Source: a virus (taxonomy: Duplodnaviria; Caudoviricetes). Taken from it: DNA of 64,000 nucleotides. Shown here piece after piece: positions 35,812 to 46,427 of this stretch. Position 1 is the first letter of the stretch; each line of letters starts with the position of its first letter. The stretch lies in the IMG/VR virus record IMGVR_UViG_3300028844_004840, positions 1 to 64,000 of that record; one strand, 5' to 3'. The notes below the pieces were generated by a model that was given only the letters and a program-made list of their open reading frames with translations, searched no databases and was not told the DNA's origin. The translations under genes were made by a program, and so were the position numbers.

Positions 35812-35886
35812 GCCGATATAGCTGATCTGGCTTAGCAACTGCCTTGTAAGCAGTAGAAGGGGGTTCGAGACCCTCTATCGGCACCA
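35812..35886 (+). tRNA. tRNA-Thr(TGT)
   Basis: Cloverleaf, CCA. Confidence 0.88.
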
Positions 35887-35961
35887 AAAACTTGTGTTAT
35901 GCTGCGGGATGTGGTACTGTTTTTAGAACAGTATTTTTGGCCTTTATAATGGAGAAAAGCC

Positions 35962-36261
35962 ATGACCATGCACGTAGTAAGTGACTTGACTATCGGGAAC
36001 TCATCCGTAGTATCTATAAAAGAATCTGGTAAGTATTTTATTGCCGTTACTGGGGAATTTCATGGAGCCACCGCGAGTGTGTTCGTCAATATCGGAGAAA
36101 CCGCCGATTGTATTGTAACGGATTCTTCTTTCACAGAAGACGGTACTAAGGTTATGTGGCTACCCACGTGCACACTATACGTCGGTGTCGCTGGCGAAGG
36201 GGCGGCAACTTCCGTAAATGCATCTATTGCGTTGTTGGAAGAAAACTATGACCGCGTTTAG
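35962..36261 (+). CDS. small beta-sandwich protein, probably virion-associated
   Basis: GGAG SD; precedes large spike-like gene. Confidence 0.7.
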   Translation: MTMHVVSDLTIGNSSVVSIKESGKYFIAVTGEFHGATASVFVNIGETADCIVTDSSFTEDGTKVMWLPTCTLYVGVAGEGAATSVNASIALLEENYDRV

Positions 36262-39200
36262 TAATCCGGTATATCCGGTTGTAAGTTACCCAATATTGGC
36301 GGCTGTATTTGGTTCTGTGACAGGTGGTACACCCATAACAAACCTACCTGATTCTGTTTTAGCCCCCTTTACTACTGCTGTATGGGGGCAGTCAGAACAT
36401 CAGCACATCCTTAATGAGTTTGATGATCGCTTAGACCCAGAATCACTCGTGGATCAAGATCGTGTAACATTTTGGTGGCACGACCGCACGAACAATGACG
36501 CTGCGGGAGTACAGTCCGTTACCCTGAATGACGCAACTGTTGCTACAAGCACAGTTACAGCAGCTATGGTCGCAATGGGAAACACCTTTATGCGTCAAAT
36601 ACCTGATCGCGACATTAAAATTGTGATGCATACACAATCAGGCACATCACCAAGTGAAATAATGGACAACAGTGCTATTCCAGAGACACCTGATGGAGAA
36701 GAGGATAACGCCCCGCGCCGTTGGCAAGACGACTGGGCGCTAAATGCAGCGGCAACGGCTGACGGACATCTAATCGACCACCCGTGGCATTCGTGGTTTG
36801 CCGCACCAGGATCTTACGCCGACGACTACGGTCAAAACATGTTTACATTTATAAAAGGCCGCGACCACGAGACAGGCGCGGAACTTGTTTATTCGGACAC
36901 CGACCCCCTCGATGTGAACGGCATTCAAGTGTCGCGAACACTGCGCGATGTATATACACACGAACCTGCTTGGGTGGTTCCGTCCAGCAGCCATGTATTT
37001 ATCCCAACGGACGACCTGAATAACGCAACCACGTTATCTGCGGGCGGTATAGATTTCTCGCTGCTCAACAAACAACGATCAACAGAAAGCTGGCGCACGG
37101 TTATTCGAAACGAAGCGCTGTCTGCGCATTTCTCGAATGAGGTACCACATCTTAACGGATACGCCAACGGTGAAGACCAAGGAGGCGAGTGGCGCGACCA
37201 AGCACACCCTACGGGGATAATCGATGCAGGAATTAACCGCATGGCACGCCAGATCGCGCATACGATTATGCGTGGGGCGGATGTTACCTCATGGGATGTT
37301 CCATCAATCACAGACGCAGAATGGCAAGATGACGGTTCCTATATGGAAATGTGGTCTAGTGCTGGTCCCGTAACAAGCGCACGAGCTGCTAAGGCTGGGG
37401 AGTTTCTAGCCTCACTAGGTGTGGCCCAAGTTGAAGCGATGAACGACGCCGTTAAAGACGGTCGTGTCCACACGGGGCACCGCGTAGCCAACTTTGAAAG
37501 CGCGGCTGACTGGTCCGCTCGAACAGGTATTTCACTACCCAATATTGAAGCAGATGTACATATTGAAGGTGTGGACTTCACAGGGCTGAATATTCGTATT
37601 GAGGGGGATAATACCGTCACATTTACTGATTGTCTTTTCAATCACAGTGATGGCCCTAATCTTCTCGACGTATTCAAAAACGCTACTGCTATCGCTGAGT
37701 ATTGCACATTCTCGTGTGATGGGGACGGAACAGGCCCCGGTACTCTGGCGCGACGTAGATATGAAGCAGACGGCACGGGCCATTTCGCAACGATACTTTG
37801 CCGTGCAGAAGGGTATCCGAGCGATTCCATTAAGCCGACTGATAGCGATATTGCGCTGTTTAACTACTGCGACACGCCTCTAAACAGCACGGTCAACCCT
37901 ATCGTTTACGTGTCTGGAACGTATGACGTTGGTGTTAAAGTAACTGCAGATAATATTCGCAATCCTTTCGTTTGGGTAAACACCGTTACGGGAAACACAG
38001 ATGCACCAGACTTTAGCGCATCTACAGGAACCACCATCAATGGTTGGGAGGCAACCAACATCCATGCGGATAACATGACGCTCGTAAATGGCGCTAATGC
38101 TATCATCTTCGGTAACGTCTTAAACATGGACCCTAACCGCCGACAGTTTCCGCGCGACAATCCAAACACGAGCAATTTCGTCATCGGGCCTAACGCGAAC
38201 CTATGGAGCGAAGGGGTAAACGCGCCGAACGCCATAATTGCAGGAAACCTATGCCTGCGTGATCCGGACGAAATTGGTGGTCAGCCAATGGCAGGCTTTA
38301 ACGGAGCGTCGTACCTATTGAACCGCATTGAAAGCTTCTCACATGAAGGTGTCAGATATGTTCGTGACATGACTGCGGACCAATCCGCCACATTTGAGGG
38401 CAATATAGACCCAACCACTGGGCAGCCTATCGTACTGCCTACAGGCGGTGTGGACGGTGTTGTGGATCGTACTTTGCTGGAGCCTGTATTGGTTCACGGA
38501 CGTACAGCTACCTCTCGCGCGCAACGCAACAGCGCAGCCGTGGTGCTTGATCATTGGACTGATGTTATGGGCGTTGAGATTGATGGTCAGCCAGCACACC
38601 GTGCGGAGATTCAGTCGAATGGTCGTGTGCGTGTCTATCCTAATTCGGGCGCGTTCACTAACACCTCGCTAATCTCATTTGCAGGTGGGGGTTCATCAGG
38701 CTTTGTGGATCACAACGCGGACGCCTTCGCGGGTTTGTGGGATGATTTCCCAATTGTGGACGTAGGTTTGGGGGATCTTGCAGGTGTTCCGTTGAGTGTT
38801 CTTCCTGACCCTGCAATTTTGGAAAGCACCATTGTGGGCGCAGCGTCGTTCAGCACGACAATTGATGGCCCTCTTTTCTACGATACAGCCAGAATTCCAG
38901 CTAACACGTTCGAGCTTACCGCGCTGTTCAGAGGCTCTGTGTCCACTGAACAAGGAGGCACAGCCCGTCTTTTAAACATTAGCGGATCGCAAATGAGTCT
39001 TGAAGCGCTGTCTAATGGTAATCTGAGATTATCGCTTCGTGATGGGGCTAACGTCAAGGTTGTAGATCTTGTGACGGCAGATCAGGGGTATACTAAAGGT
39101 GTCGTATTTGAAGTCATCATCAGTGTTGATATGGCCAACGGATACGCACGTATGTGGCTCGACGGCACACAAGTGCTTGACGCGACATTTGCAGCAACAG

Positions 39201-39409
39201 TAGCCCTTTCAGCCAGCCGAAATGTTAGCTTGCTAGCGTCAACTAACAGTGGGACGAATCAGACCGTGGGCACGGTGGAACGTTTGGCGGTGTGGTTTGA
39301 AGCAGCACCTGACGGAACGCTTCCATTGGGAATACCGCACAAAGATATTTCCGGCGGACCATCCACTGTCAATGCAGATACGTGGAAACTAGGGGCGGAC
39401 GCAACCTAA
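36248..39409 (+). CDS. large spike/depolymerase-like protein (SGNH-like, beta-helix-like and lectin-like parts)
   Basis: WGQSE...DQAHP; Asn/Gly repeat centre with HAD; ConA-like C-terminus. Confidence 0.65.
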   Translation: MTAFSNPVYPVVSYPILAAVFGSVTGGTPITNLPDSVLAPFTTAVWGQSEHQHILNEFDDRLDPESLVDQDRVTFWWHDRTNNDAAGVQSVTLNDATVATSTVTAAMVAMGNTFMRQIPDRDIKIVMHTQSGTSPSEIMDNSAIPETPDGEEDNAPRRWQDDWALNAAATADGHLIDHPWHSWFAAPGSYADDYGQNMFTFIKGRDHETGAELVYSDTDPLDVNGIQVSRTLRDVYTHEPAWVVPSSSHVFIPTDDLNNATTLSAGGIDFSLLNKQRSTESWRTVIRNEALSAHFSNEVPHLNGYANGEDQGGEWRDQAHPTGIIDAGINRMARQIAHTIMRGADVTSWDVPSITDAEWQDDGSYMEMWSSAGPVTSARAAKAGEFLASLGVAQVEAMNDAVKDGRVHTGHRVANFESAADWSARTGISLPNIEADVHIEGVDFTGLNIRIEGDNTVTFTDCLFNHSDGPNLLDVFKNATAIAEYCTFSCDGDGTGPGTLARRRYEADGTGHFATILCRAEGYPSDSIKPTDSDIALFNYCDTPLNSTVNPIVYVSGTYDVGVKVTADNIRNPFVWVNTVTGNTDAPDFSASTGTTINGWEATNIHADNMTLVNGANAIIFGNVLNMDPNRRQFPRDNPNTSNFVIGPNANLWSEGVNAPNAIIAGNLCLRDPDEIGGQPMAGFNGASYLLNRIESFSHEGVRYVRDMTADQSATFEGNIDPTTGQPIVLPTGGVDGVVDRTLLEPVLVHGRTATSRAQRNSAAVVLDHWTDVMGVEIDGQPAHRAEIQSNGRVRVYPNSGAFTNTSLISFAGGGSSGFVDHNADAFAGLWDDFPIVDVGLGDLAGVPLSVLPDPAILESTIVGAASFSTTIDGPLFYDTARIPANTFELTALFRGSVSTEQGGTARLLNISGSQMSLEALSNGNLRLSLRDGANVKVVDLVTADQGYTKGVVFEVIISVDMANGYARMWLDGTQVLDATFAATVALSASRNVSLLASTNSGTNQTVGTVERLAVWFEAAPDGTLPLGIPHKDISGGPSTVNADTWKLGADAT

Positions 39410-39422
39410 CACGCAAAACAAA

Positions 39423-39452
39423 AGAGTAAGCCCCGCTAAGTGGGCTTACTCT
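39423..39452 (+). terminator. hairpin, probable terminator
   Basis: AGAGTAAGCC/GGCTTACTCT. Confidence 0.6.
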
Positions 39453-39585
39453 CCCCGCCAGCAATGGTTAATTTACCCAATTAATTCCTCAAACCAACCC
39501 TCCCCTCAAATACCCTGTCAGAAACAGAAACCAAATCAACCCACATATGTTGACTTGTGCTTAGCAATTCTGTTAAGGTGAAAAC

Positions 39586-41229
39586 ATGAATGCACAAGTA
39601 CCCAACCCCGAAGCTAGATCAATTCTATCTATACCATTCCGCGCAGCCCTTTCAGTGCACCCAGATTACACATACTGGGCACCGCACTGGGAGACAATTC
39701 GTGACGCGGAAATAGGTGAAGTTGAAGTAAAGCGCAAGGCAGATAAGTACCTTCCTAAGCTGTCTAGTCAAGACGCCAGCGAATATCAATCATACCTGCG
39801 CCGAGCCGTGTTTTTCAACATGACCTCACGCACGCTTAACTCTTTATATGGGACTGTGTTCCGCCGCGCCCCTAAAGTTTCAGGGCTACAGGCGAAAACG
39901 CTGGAAGCAGCAAAATCCATAACCAAAGATGGTACAAGCCTTCATTTGATGGCAAAAACTACTGTTAAAGAAGTTCTAGCCGTTGGACGCTATGGTCTGA
40001 TGGTCGACGCCGAGCAGGACGGGCGTGGAGGAGCACACGTGGCGTGCTACACCGCAGAGAACATCATCGATTGGGATATGGCAGAAGTTGGAGGCAAGTG
40101 GCAACTTGTGCGTGTTGTGCTGCGTGAAATATTTTACGACAGAGATGAGGCGTGGGGACCGTACCAGTACAAGGCACGTTTTCGTGTACTAGTTCTAGAT
40201 GAATCTACAGGCAGTCCGGTATACAAGCAATTTGTGTTTATCAATGAAATTGGAACAAATGTTCCTGACGTCGACGCGCTTGACGGTGCCACAGAAATTG
40301 TACCAAAAGTGCGCGGGGCGGAGTTGGATTATATTCCGTTTATAATCGTAGGACCGTTTACAAACCATCCTGATGTGCAAAAGCCGCCCATGCTCGATAT
40401 TGTAACATTAAATTATTCTCACTATCTATCTTACGCGGACATGGAATCCGCACGTTTTTTGACGGCGTCACCTGTTTACAAGGTCAATCTAACGAACGCA
40501 GATTCTGCACCAGATTTTAAAGTTGGACCCAATGTTGTGTGGCAATTTGGTCCGGGCGAAGATGGGGGAATTATCGAGTTCACGGGACACGGTTTACGCT
40601 TCTTAGAAAATGCCATGAAAGACAAAGAGGCACAAATTTCTGCCATTGGTGGACGCCTGATGCCAGGCGCATCGAGAGGTGCGGCGGAGAGCGATAACGC
40701 ATTAGCGCTGAAAGAGCAGAACGAACAAACGATGTTACTGAATCTCGCTGATACTGTCGATGAAGCCACTACAAAAATACTCCGTTGGTGGGCTGACTGG
40801 AACAACGTTAGTAAGGATGCTGTAGAGAAAATTGTTTTTGAAATAAATAGAGATTTCTTGATCAGTGATGGAGGCGCACGCGAGTTTCGCGCAATTCAAC
40901 AAATGTACGAAGCTGGTATCATCCCAGTCGATGTTGTGTATTCGTACCTGCGTAAGAATGACGTAATTCCGGAATGGATGTCCGAGGAAGAATTTGCTAG
41001 CAGATTGAACGATAGTAAGCAGTTCCCCAATATGGTCGACGTACTTGCGCGTATGAAGAATTTCCCCGATGCGAATGCTTTTCATGAATTTGAAATGCAG
41101 AAAAAAATGATGAACAACGCTGAAACAGTCGCGCCAGGACCAAACGATCCCGATAATCCGCCAGTACAGCCTGAACAGGTTAGAGGCGGGCGCGCATCAG
41201 AATCCTCTGGAAATGCAAAAATACAATAA
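39586..41229 (+). CDS. portal protein (DUF4055 type)
   Basis: HPDY...YLP...Y..YL.RAVFFN...GRYGLMVD...YTAENIIDW...IPF...PPMLDI. Confidence 0.9.
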   Translation: MNAQVPNPEARSILSIPFRAALSVHPDYTYWAPHWETIRDAEIGEVEVKRKADKYLPKLSSQDASEYQSYLRRAVFFNMTSRTLNSLYGTVFRRAPKVSGLQAKTLEAAKSITKDGTSLHLMAKTTVKEVLAVGRYGLMVDAEQDGRGGAHVACYTAENIIDWDMAEVGGKWQLVRVVLREIFYDRDEAWGPYQYKARFRVLVLDESTGSPVYKQFVFINEIGTNVPDVDALDGATEIVPKVRGAELDYIPFIIVGPFTNHPDVQKPPMLDIVTLNYSHYLSYADMESARFLTASPVYKVNLTNADSAPDFKVGPNVVWQFGPGEDGGIIEFTGHGLRFLENAMKDKEAQISAIGGRLMPGASRGAAESDNALALKEQNEQTMLLNLADTVDEATTKILRWWADWNNVSKDAVEKIVFEINRDFLISDGGAREFRAIQQMYEAGIIPVDVVYSYLRKNDVIPEWMSEEEFASRLNDSKQFPNMVDVLARMKNFPDANAFHEFEMQKKMMNNAETVAPGPNDPDNPPVQPEQVRGGRASESSGNAKIQ

Positions 41230-41279
41230 TACACGTAAAGGCTCGGATACTGTTACGCAGAATCTGGTGAAGGAAACTA

Positions 41280-41504
41280 ATGACTAAAAAAATTGTAGGG
41301 GTAAATCCTGAGTATGCCGACCACGACGAAATTGATTACGACGTCGAAGATTTAATTGCTGAATTTGAGCATGGCGTTGTAACATTTGATGAATTGAAGT
41401 GCATAGTGGGAACTGAGACCGCGCGCTCAGTCCAAAATCGCGTCCATGGGGAGGGGGATCCAAGTGACCCTGAAACGTATTTCGATGACCCTTCCGCGTA
41501 TTAA
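41280..41504 (+). CDS. small acidic protein
   Basis: AAGGA SD. Confidence 0.65.
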   Translation: MTKKIVGVNPEYADHDEIDYDVEDLIAEFEHGVVTFDELKCIVGTETARSVQNRVHGEGDPSDPETYFDDPSAY

Positions 41505-41715
41505 CTCTAAAAAGTACCAGCCTGACCCTTTTATGCACTTTTCTTGACTTTTAACGTGTAGTCAGGTAGAAATATCCTCACAGCCTTATGTGCGAAATTG
41601 TACAGCAATCAGCACATGGCTGCATCTACTACTGGAGACACCCATGTCTCCACCCGTCGCGGAGCGATGGTCCAAACAAACACAAGGGTCCATCGCGGGG
41701 CGGTGGGAAAAATAA

Positions 41716-42522
41716 ATGGCAACAACTATTCCATTCGCACAACTGTCTGATATTCCGGAGGGACTCCGTGAACACGCAGTTGAGACAGACGGCACTTACA
41801 CTGTTAGTGTAGAATTCTCAGGACGAGTAAAAGAGTTTCGAGACAACAATGTTGAAGTTTCCAAAGAACGTGACGGACTAAAATCTGTGTTATCTCAATA
41901 CGAGCAAGCCACTGGTGTTACCATGGAAGCGCTCGAAGAAGGTAAACTTGATGACTTTGTGTCGACGTTTACGACACTAAAAGATACCAAGCAGCGTGTA
42001 GACGACGGAAAACTTGTCGAGGAGACTTCACTAGAAGAAGCGTCCGCATCCCGCGTTTCTGAGGTACACAACTCGTATCGAGGACAGCTAGCAGACAGTG
42101 CTAAAGAACGTGACGCGCATAAAGCCCGTGCAGATGCTGCGGAAAAACGCGCGAATTCCATGGTACTGGAAAATGCAGTACGTATCGCGGCAGGAGATGT
42201 CGATGTTGGAATGCTGGAAAACGCCGTCCAGATGATTTTACCGCAGGCGCACGGAATATTCCGTGTTGACGATAAAGGTGGAATTACACCGAAAGACGCG
42301 GACGGAACAGTGATTTACGGGGGCGATGGAATGTCGCCAATGTCGATTAAAGAATGGTTGCTAAAGCAGCGTGAGACGAACGACTTCTTATTCAAAGGAG
42401 CTACTGGCGGAGGGGCACACGGCTCCAACAACAACGACAGTGGTAAAATGACTTTTGATCAGATGCAGAAGGCCAACATTCGTCCCGAAGAGCGTATGCG
42501 CCTAGCGCGCGCAGGCAAATAA
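41716..42522 (+). CDS. head scaffolding protein
   Basis: Acidic coiled coil upstream of capsid gene; LF...GGGA.G. Confidence 0.8.
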   Translation: MATTIPFAQLSDIPEGLREHAVETDGTYTVSVEFSGRVKEFRDNNVEVSKERDGLKSVLSQYEQATGVTMEALEEGKLDDFVSTFTTLKDTKQRVDDGKLVEETSLEEASASRVSEVHNSYRGQLADSAKERDAHKARADAAEKRANSMVLENAVRIAAGDVDVGMLENAVQMILPQAHGIFRVDDKGGITPKDADGTVIYGGDGMSPMSIKEWLLKQRETNDFLFKGATGGGAHGSNNNDSGKMTFDQMQKANIRPEERMRLARAGK

Positions 42523-42729
42523 ATTTTTCCCGTGGAGGGCGTTACAGCGCCCTTCACTCCCACACTAATTACTAATTTCACACCACGGGGTGGTACTGAG
42601 ATTTCACGAAATACCTTCGACACAACTTGGGCTAGTCGAAGGGTATTAACAACAGGCTCGGGGAGCCTGCTTCCACAGCCCGAAGTAACCCTACTTGGAT
42701 AGCAAGCAACCTGAACTTAGGAGATTAAA

Positions 42730-43656
42730 GTGCTTACTCTTTTTGAAGCTGCAAAGCTTAATTCCGGTGACGTCGTACGTGCGACAATCATCGAGCACTT
42801 CGCCCGTTCGTCTGAACTATTGCGCGCAGCGCAATTTATCGACGTACAAGGCGGAGCATATGTCTACAACATGGAAGGCCAACTTGGCGCTTCTGCGTTC
42901 CGTGGTGTTGGTCAAGGATACACGCCTAGCGCTGGTATTGTCAACCCAGAAACCGAGCGCTTGCGCATCATCGGTGGAGAATTGGACGTAGACTTAGCAA
43001 CACTGAAAATTCATGGCGAAAATGTTCGTTCTCAGTACGAACTCATGAAGGTTAAATCAATCTCACTCGCCATCGGCGCTGCGATGATTAACGGTAACTC
43101 TGTAAACAACCCACTAGAATTTGACGGCCTACGTCAGCGTATTGGTGGATCACAGTTGATTGAAGCGGGCGCTACAGACGGTGGAGATCCTCTTTCCATC
43201 CAAAAACTGTACGAACTAATCGATGCTGTCGATAATCCAACTCACCTGATCATGTCGAAAAAAATGCGCGCACTTCTTTCCGGCGCAGCGCACGACATCA
43301 ACGTGGGGGGCTTCATCAGTTATACCGACGACGAATTTGGCCGCAAGGTTATGATGTTCGACGGCCTACCGATTTTGATCACAGACTACGACAACTTCGG
43401 CAACCAGATCATCGACTTCAATGAAGTTGGCGGAACTGGATCGACAGCTACTGCCACGTCAGTATATGCCGCAAGCATGGGTCCTGGCGGCGTCATCGGA
43501 CTGCAAAACGGTACGATGGAAGTTCGCGATCTCGGTGAATTGCAGACACAGCCAGTTATGCGTACGCGCGTCGAGTGGCTTGTCGGTATGGCAGTGGAAG
43601 GACAGCGTTCTGCTGGACGTCTACGCGGTATCAGCAACGCAGCCGTAACAAAGTAA
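42730..43656 (+). CDS. major capsid protein
   Basis: LTLFEAAKL, FRGV..GY, GGELDVD, EFDGL..R, VRDLGEL...RTRVEW. Confidence 0.92.
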   Translation: MLTLFEAAKLNSGDVVRATIIEHFARSSELLRAAQFIDVQGGAYVYNMEGQLGASAFRGVGQGYTPSAGIVNPETERLRIIGGELDVDLATLKIHGENVRSQYELMKVKSISLAIGAAMINGNSVNNPLEFDGLRQRIGGSQLIEAGATDGGDPLSIQKLYELIDAVDNPTHLIMSKKMRALLSGAAHDINVGGFISYTDDEFGRKVMMFDGLPILITDYDNFGNQIIDFNEVGGTGSTATATSVYAASMGPGGVIGLQNGTMEVRDLGELQTQPVMRTRVEWLVGMAVEGQRSAGRLRGISNAAVTK

Positions 43657-43720
43657 AAGTGTTCTGAGGGGCTTAGGTCCCTCACCATACCCCCTCAGAA
43701 ATCTTAGGAGAAAACTGAAA

Positions 43721-44188
43721 ATGGCACGTTCCAACGTAAACTACCTGTTTGACGCAAGCACCGCGTTTGTACAAGCAGGAACTGGGCAAACAATCACTGC
43801 ATCTGAAAATCTCGCGTCTCGTGTGAATTTGGATAAGATGGTTAACGCCCGTGCAGACGGCGAGCTGCGCAACAAACTAGGCGCAGAAGGCTACGCAATC
43901 GTAATCGCGATTTCGGCAGCGAAAGCAAGTGCTGGTGATGAATCATACAGCTTTGTTGTACAAGCAACTGACGCAGCAGGCGGAAACGCTGCTGACGTAG
44001 GTAGCTTGACAATTCCAGCCACAGCAGCAGCCGCTGGACAGTGGGTTGTACACGTAGATGCTGACACTGTTGAGCGTCTCGGCGCTCCAAATAATGTGCA
44101 GTTAAATGTTGCAGCCAATGTATCCGGCACGTCACCTTCCGTAACGGTAGCTGCAGCATGGCTGGCGTACAACCGCGTAAACGGTTAA
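43721..44188 (+). CDS. minor capsid/decoration protein
   Basis: Directly after capsid gene; beta-rich; strong SD. Confidence 0.7.
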   Translation: MARSNVNYLFDASTAFVQAGTGQTITASENLASRVNLDKMVNARADGELRNKLGAEGYAIVIAISAAKASAGDESYSFVVQATDAAGGNAADVGSLTIPATAAAAGQWVVHVDADTVERLGAPNNVQLNVAANVSGTSPSVTVAAAWLAYNRVNG

Positions 44189-44198
44189 ACAAATACAG

Positions 44199-44222
44199 AG
44201 AGGGCGCAAAACGCGCCCTCTT
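44199..44222 (+). terminator. hairpin terminator
   Basis: AGAGGGCGC/GCGCCCTCT. Confidence 0.65.
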
Positions 44223-44260
44223 AACTCCTCATATACCCTCTAGCCGAAGGACCCGACATA

Positions 44261-44587
44261 ATGGCCCAACTTGAATTCACCCCCGCAAACCCAAATGACG
44301 TTGTAGAAGTACACTCACCAGAAGGTGAAATTGTTAAGTGCTCCATAGCCAACGCCAGTGATCTTGTTCGTCTAAACGGATATTTCTGGAAAGCCGAAGA
44401 AGCCGTTGCAGTTGCTGCAGCCAAGGCATCCGAAGCAGAAGAAAAAGCAGCCAAGGCTACCGAAGAAAAAGCAGCCAAGGCTACCGAAGCAGGTGCAGAA
44501 GCAGGTGCAGAAGCAAATGCAGAAGCAACCAAAGCCGAAATTACAGATGTAAAGGCGAAGAGCAAGACACGCAAAACAGGATCCTAA
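44261..44587 (+). CDS. hypothetical protein with A/E/K repeats
   Basis: SPEGE...NASDLV..G.W domain plus low-complexity tail. Confidence 0.75.
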   Translation: MAQLEFTPANPNDVVEVHSPEGEIVKCSIANASDLVRLNGYFWKAEEAVAVAAAKASEAEEKAAKATEEKAAKATEAGAEAGAEANAEATKAEITDVKAKSKTRKTGS

Positions 44588-44622
44588 TCCTGCAGACGCT
44601 CTAATTTTAAAGGAGACCTGAC

Positions 44623-44925
44623 GTGTCCAGCACAACTGCACATCAATACAGAACTACAACCACTGCCACGGTAACCCCCGTAGCAGCGGTTTCCCTTACG
44701 ATTGCACCTAATGACACTCCGCGCACAGTCAGATTTGTTTCTGACGTGGCTGTACACTTGAAGTGGGCAGTACGTGACGAAGATGCCAGTGTATCCACAC
44801 TCGACGGGTATGTTCCGGCAAACTGTGTTGAATACATAACAATAGGACCGAACAATCAGGTTGAAATTATCGGGGCACAAGGCGTTACAACAGGAAACGC
44901 TTGGTTCACCGAAGTTTCAGGATGA
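44623..44925 (+). CDS. small virion-type protein
   Basis: AAGGAG SD, GTG start. Confidence 0.7.
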   Translation: MSSTTAHQYRTTTTATVTPVAAVSLTIAPNDTPRTVRFVSDVAVHLKWAVRDEDASVSTLDGYVPANCVEYITIGPNNQVEIIGAQGVTTGNAWFTEVSG

Positions 44926-44931
44926 TCCGAA

Positions 44932-45708
44932 ATGCAGATGACACAACCACTACGTTCTGGAGTTGCGGGATGGTTACGCGGAACAACGTTTAACCCTCTC
45001 GCAGGTGTAGTTCAACTGGCCTTATCTACCACGGATCCAACTTATGACGCATCGGGGGTCTCTGAGCCTTCGGGAGGCGGCTACGCCCGTAAAGATGTTT
45101 TGTTCGGGGATCCAACACAGATCGCAAATGTTCAATCACGTTCCAGTATATCTCAAGTAATATTCGAAGCGACTGCTGACTGGGGAACGATAACCCATGC
45201 TGTGTTGTACCGAGGTACTGAGGCGTACTGGCAGGGGACCCTGAACGCCCAAAAACTGGTAAATAGTGGGGACTCCTTGAGTTTTGCTGTGGGAGACATC
45301 GAGCTGACGGCAGGCCTTCGTTGGTCAACGTATTCCCGTGATCTTATTTTAAACACCGTAACAGGTGGTGCGCTACAGGGATTAGGGCAACTGTACCTGG
45401 CACTTTCAACCGCCGACCCTACGGAAACTGGTGCAGGTATTTCAGAACCTTCTGGGATGTACGCTCGCCAAGGAATATCCCTAAATGAAACGGCAAATGA
45501 ACCCACGGGAATAGTCGTGAGCAACCCAAATGCTGTTGTATACGGCCCCGCCACAGGAAATTGGGGCAACATAAGCCACATGGCTATATATGACGCTGTG
45601 ACAGGAGGGAATATGGTAGCATATGGCCCTGTCGCCGTTCAGCGTAACGTCGTATCCGGAGACGCGTACGCCGTTTCCACAAACTCTCTGGCCTTAACGA
45701 TCCGATAA
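44932..45708 (+). CDS. fibre-associated protein with two repeated domains
   Basis: LALST.DPT...EPSG.YAR...AT..WG.I.H repeated twice. Confidence 0.8.
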   Translation: MQMTQPLRSGVAGWLRGTTFNPLAGVVQLALSTTDPTYDASGVSEPSGGGYARKDVLFGDPTQIANVQSRSSISQVIFEATADWGTITHAVLYRGTEAYWQGTLNAQKLVNSGDSLSFAVGDIELTAGLRWSTYSRDLILNTVTGGALQGLGQLYLALSTADPTETGAGISEPSGMYARQGISLNETANEPTGIVVSNPNAVVYGPATGNWGNISHMAIYDAVTGGNMVAYGPVAVQRNVVSGDAYAVSTNSLALTIR

Positions 45709-45718
45709 GGAGTATGGC

Positions 45719-46387
45719 ATGTCCGCGTCTAGCACAGGTCCACTCCCTTCGTTCGGTGTTTTTGGCTGCCTCGGTTGGAGTAGTTCGGGGACCATCGACC
45801 GCCCCGCAACGATAAGCACCACAGGAACGCTCCAAACAGCATTAAGTGTTATTTCCCCTATCCATGCTGCTGCACCCGTGCGATGGGATACAGGCACAAA
45901 TTTACGTATTAACTCGGCGACAGATTCCACTATAAGAATGTCCGCAGAGTTGATGGGGTCCGAGGACCCAAGAACACCTACTGACACGCCTTATTTTGTA
46001 AACAATATCGCAATTGTTACAGGTGGAAATTCTGGCGGAGGTGGAAGTGTTTCTATATATGATGAAGGCGGACTTGTGCGTGCCAATACACAAGAGATTG
46101 ATGTAATAGGGGCAGAGGTCGCCGCCACGATTTCCGCACAAGGTTCCAACAGAGTCGCGCTTACAGTGACTTCGGAGGGATCCACTGGATATCCATTTCC
46201 AGACATATTAGACGAATCTGATCCTGTTTATTTCTATTTTGGATGGGATTTCACAGGAAGTGATTGGGCTATTCAACGTCAAGAACGCAGCACGTCCCAA
46301 ACCACTATAGCAGTGTTCTCCGCCAACACGACGCACGCCACCTTGGACAGTGCGTGGGAAGACCGAATAGTTTTGACTTACACGTAA
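45719..46387 (+). CDS. putative virion protein
   Basis: AAGGAG SD; structural cluster. Confidence 0.7.
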   Translation: MSASSTGPLPSFGVFGCLGWSSSGTIDRPATISTTGTLQTALSVISPIHAAAPVRWDTGTNLRINSATDSTIRMSAELMGSEDPRTPTDTPYFVNNIAIVTGGNSGGGGSVSIYDEGGLVRANTQEIDVIGAEVAATISAQGSNRVALTVTSEGSTGYPFPDILDESDPVYFYFGWDFTGSDWAIQRQERSTSQTTIAVFSANTTHATLDSAWEDRIVLTYT

Positions 46388-46427
46388 TTTCGTGGTACAT
46401 TTTTTCTGAAATTCTAATACAAGAGAG

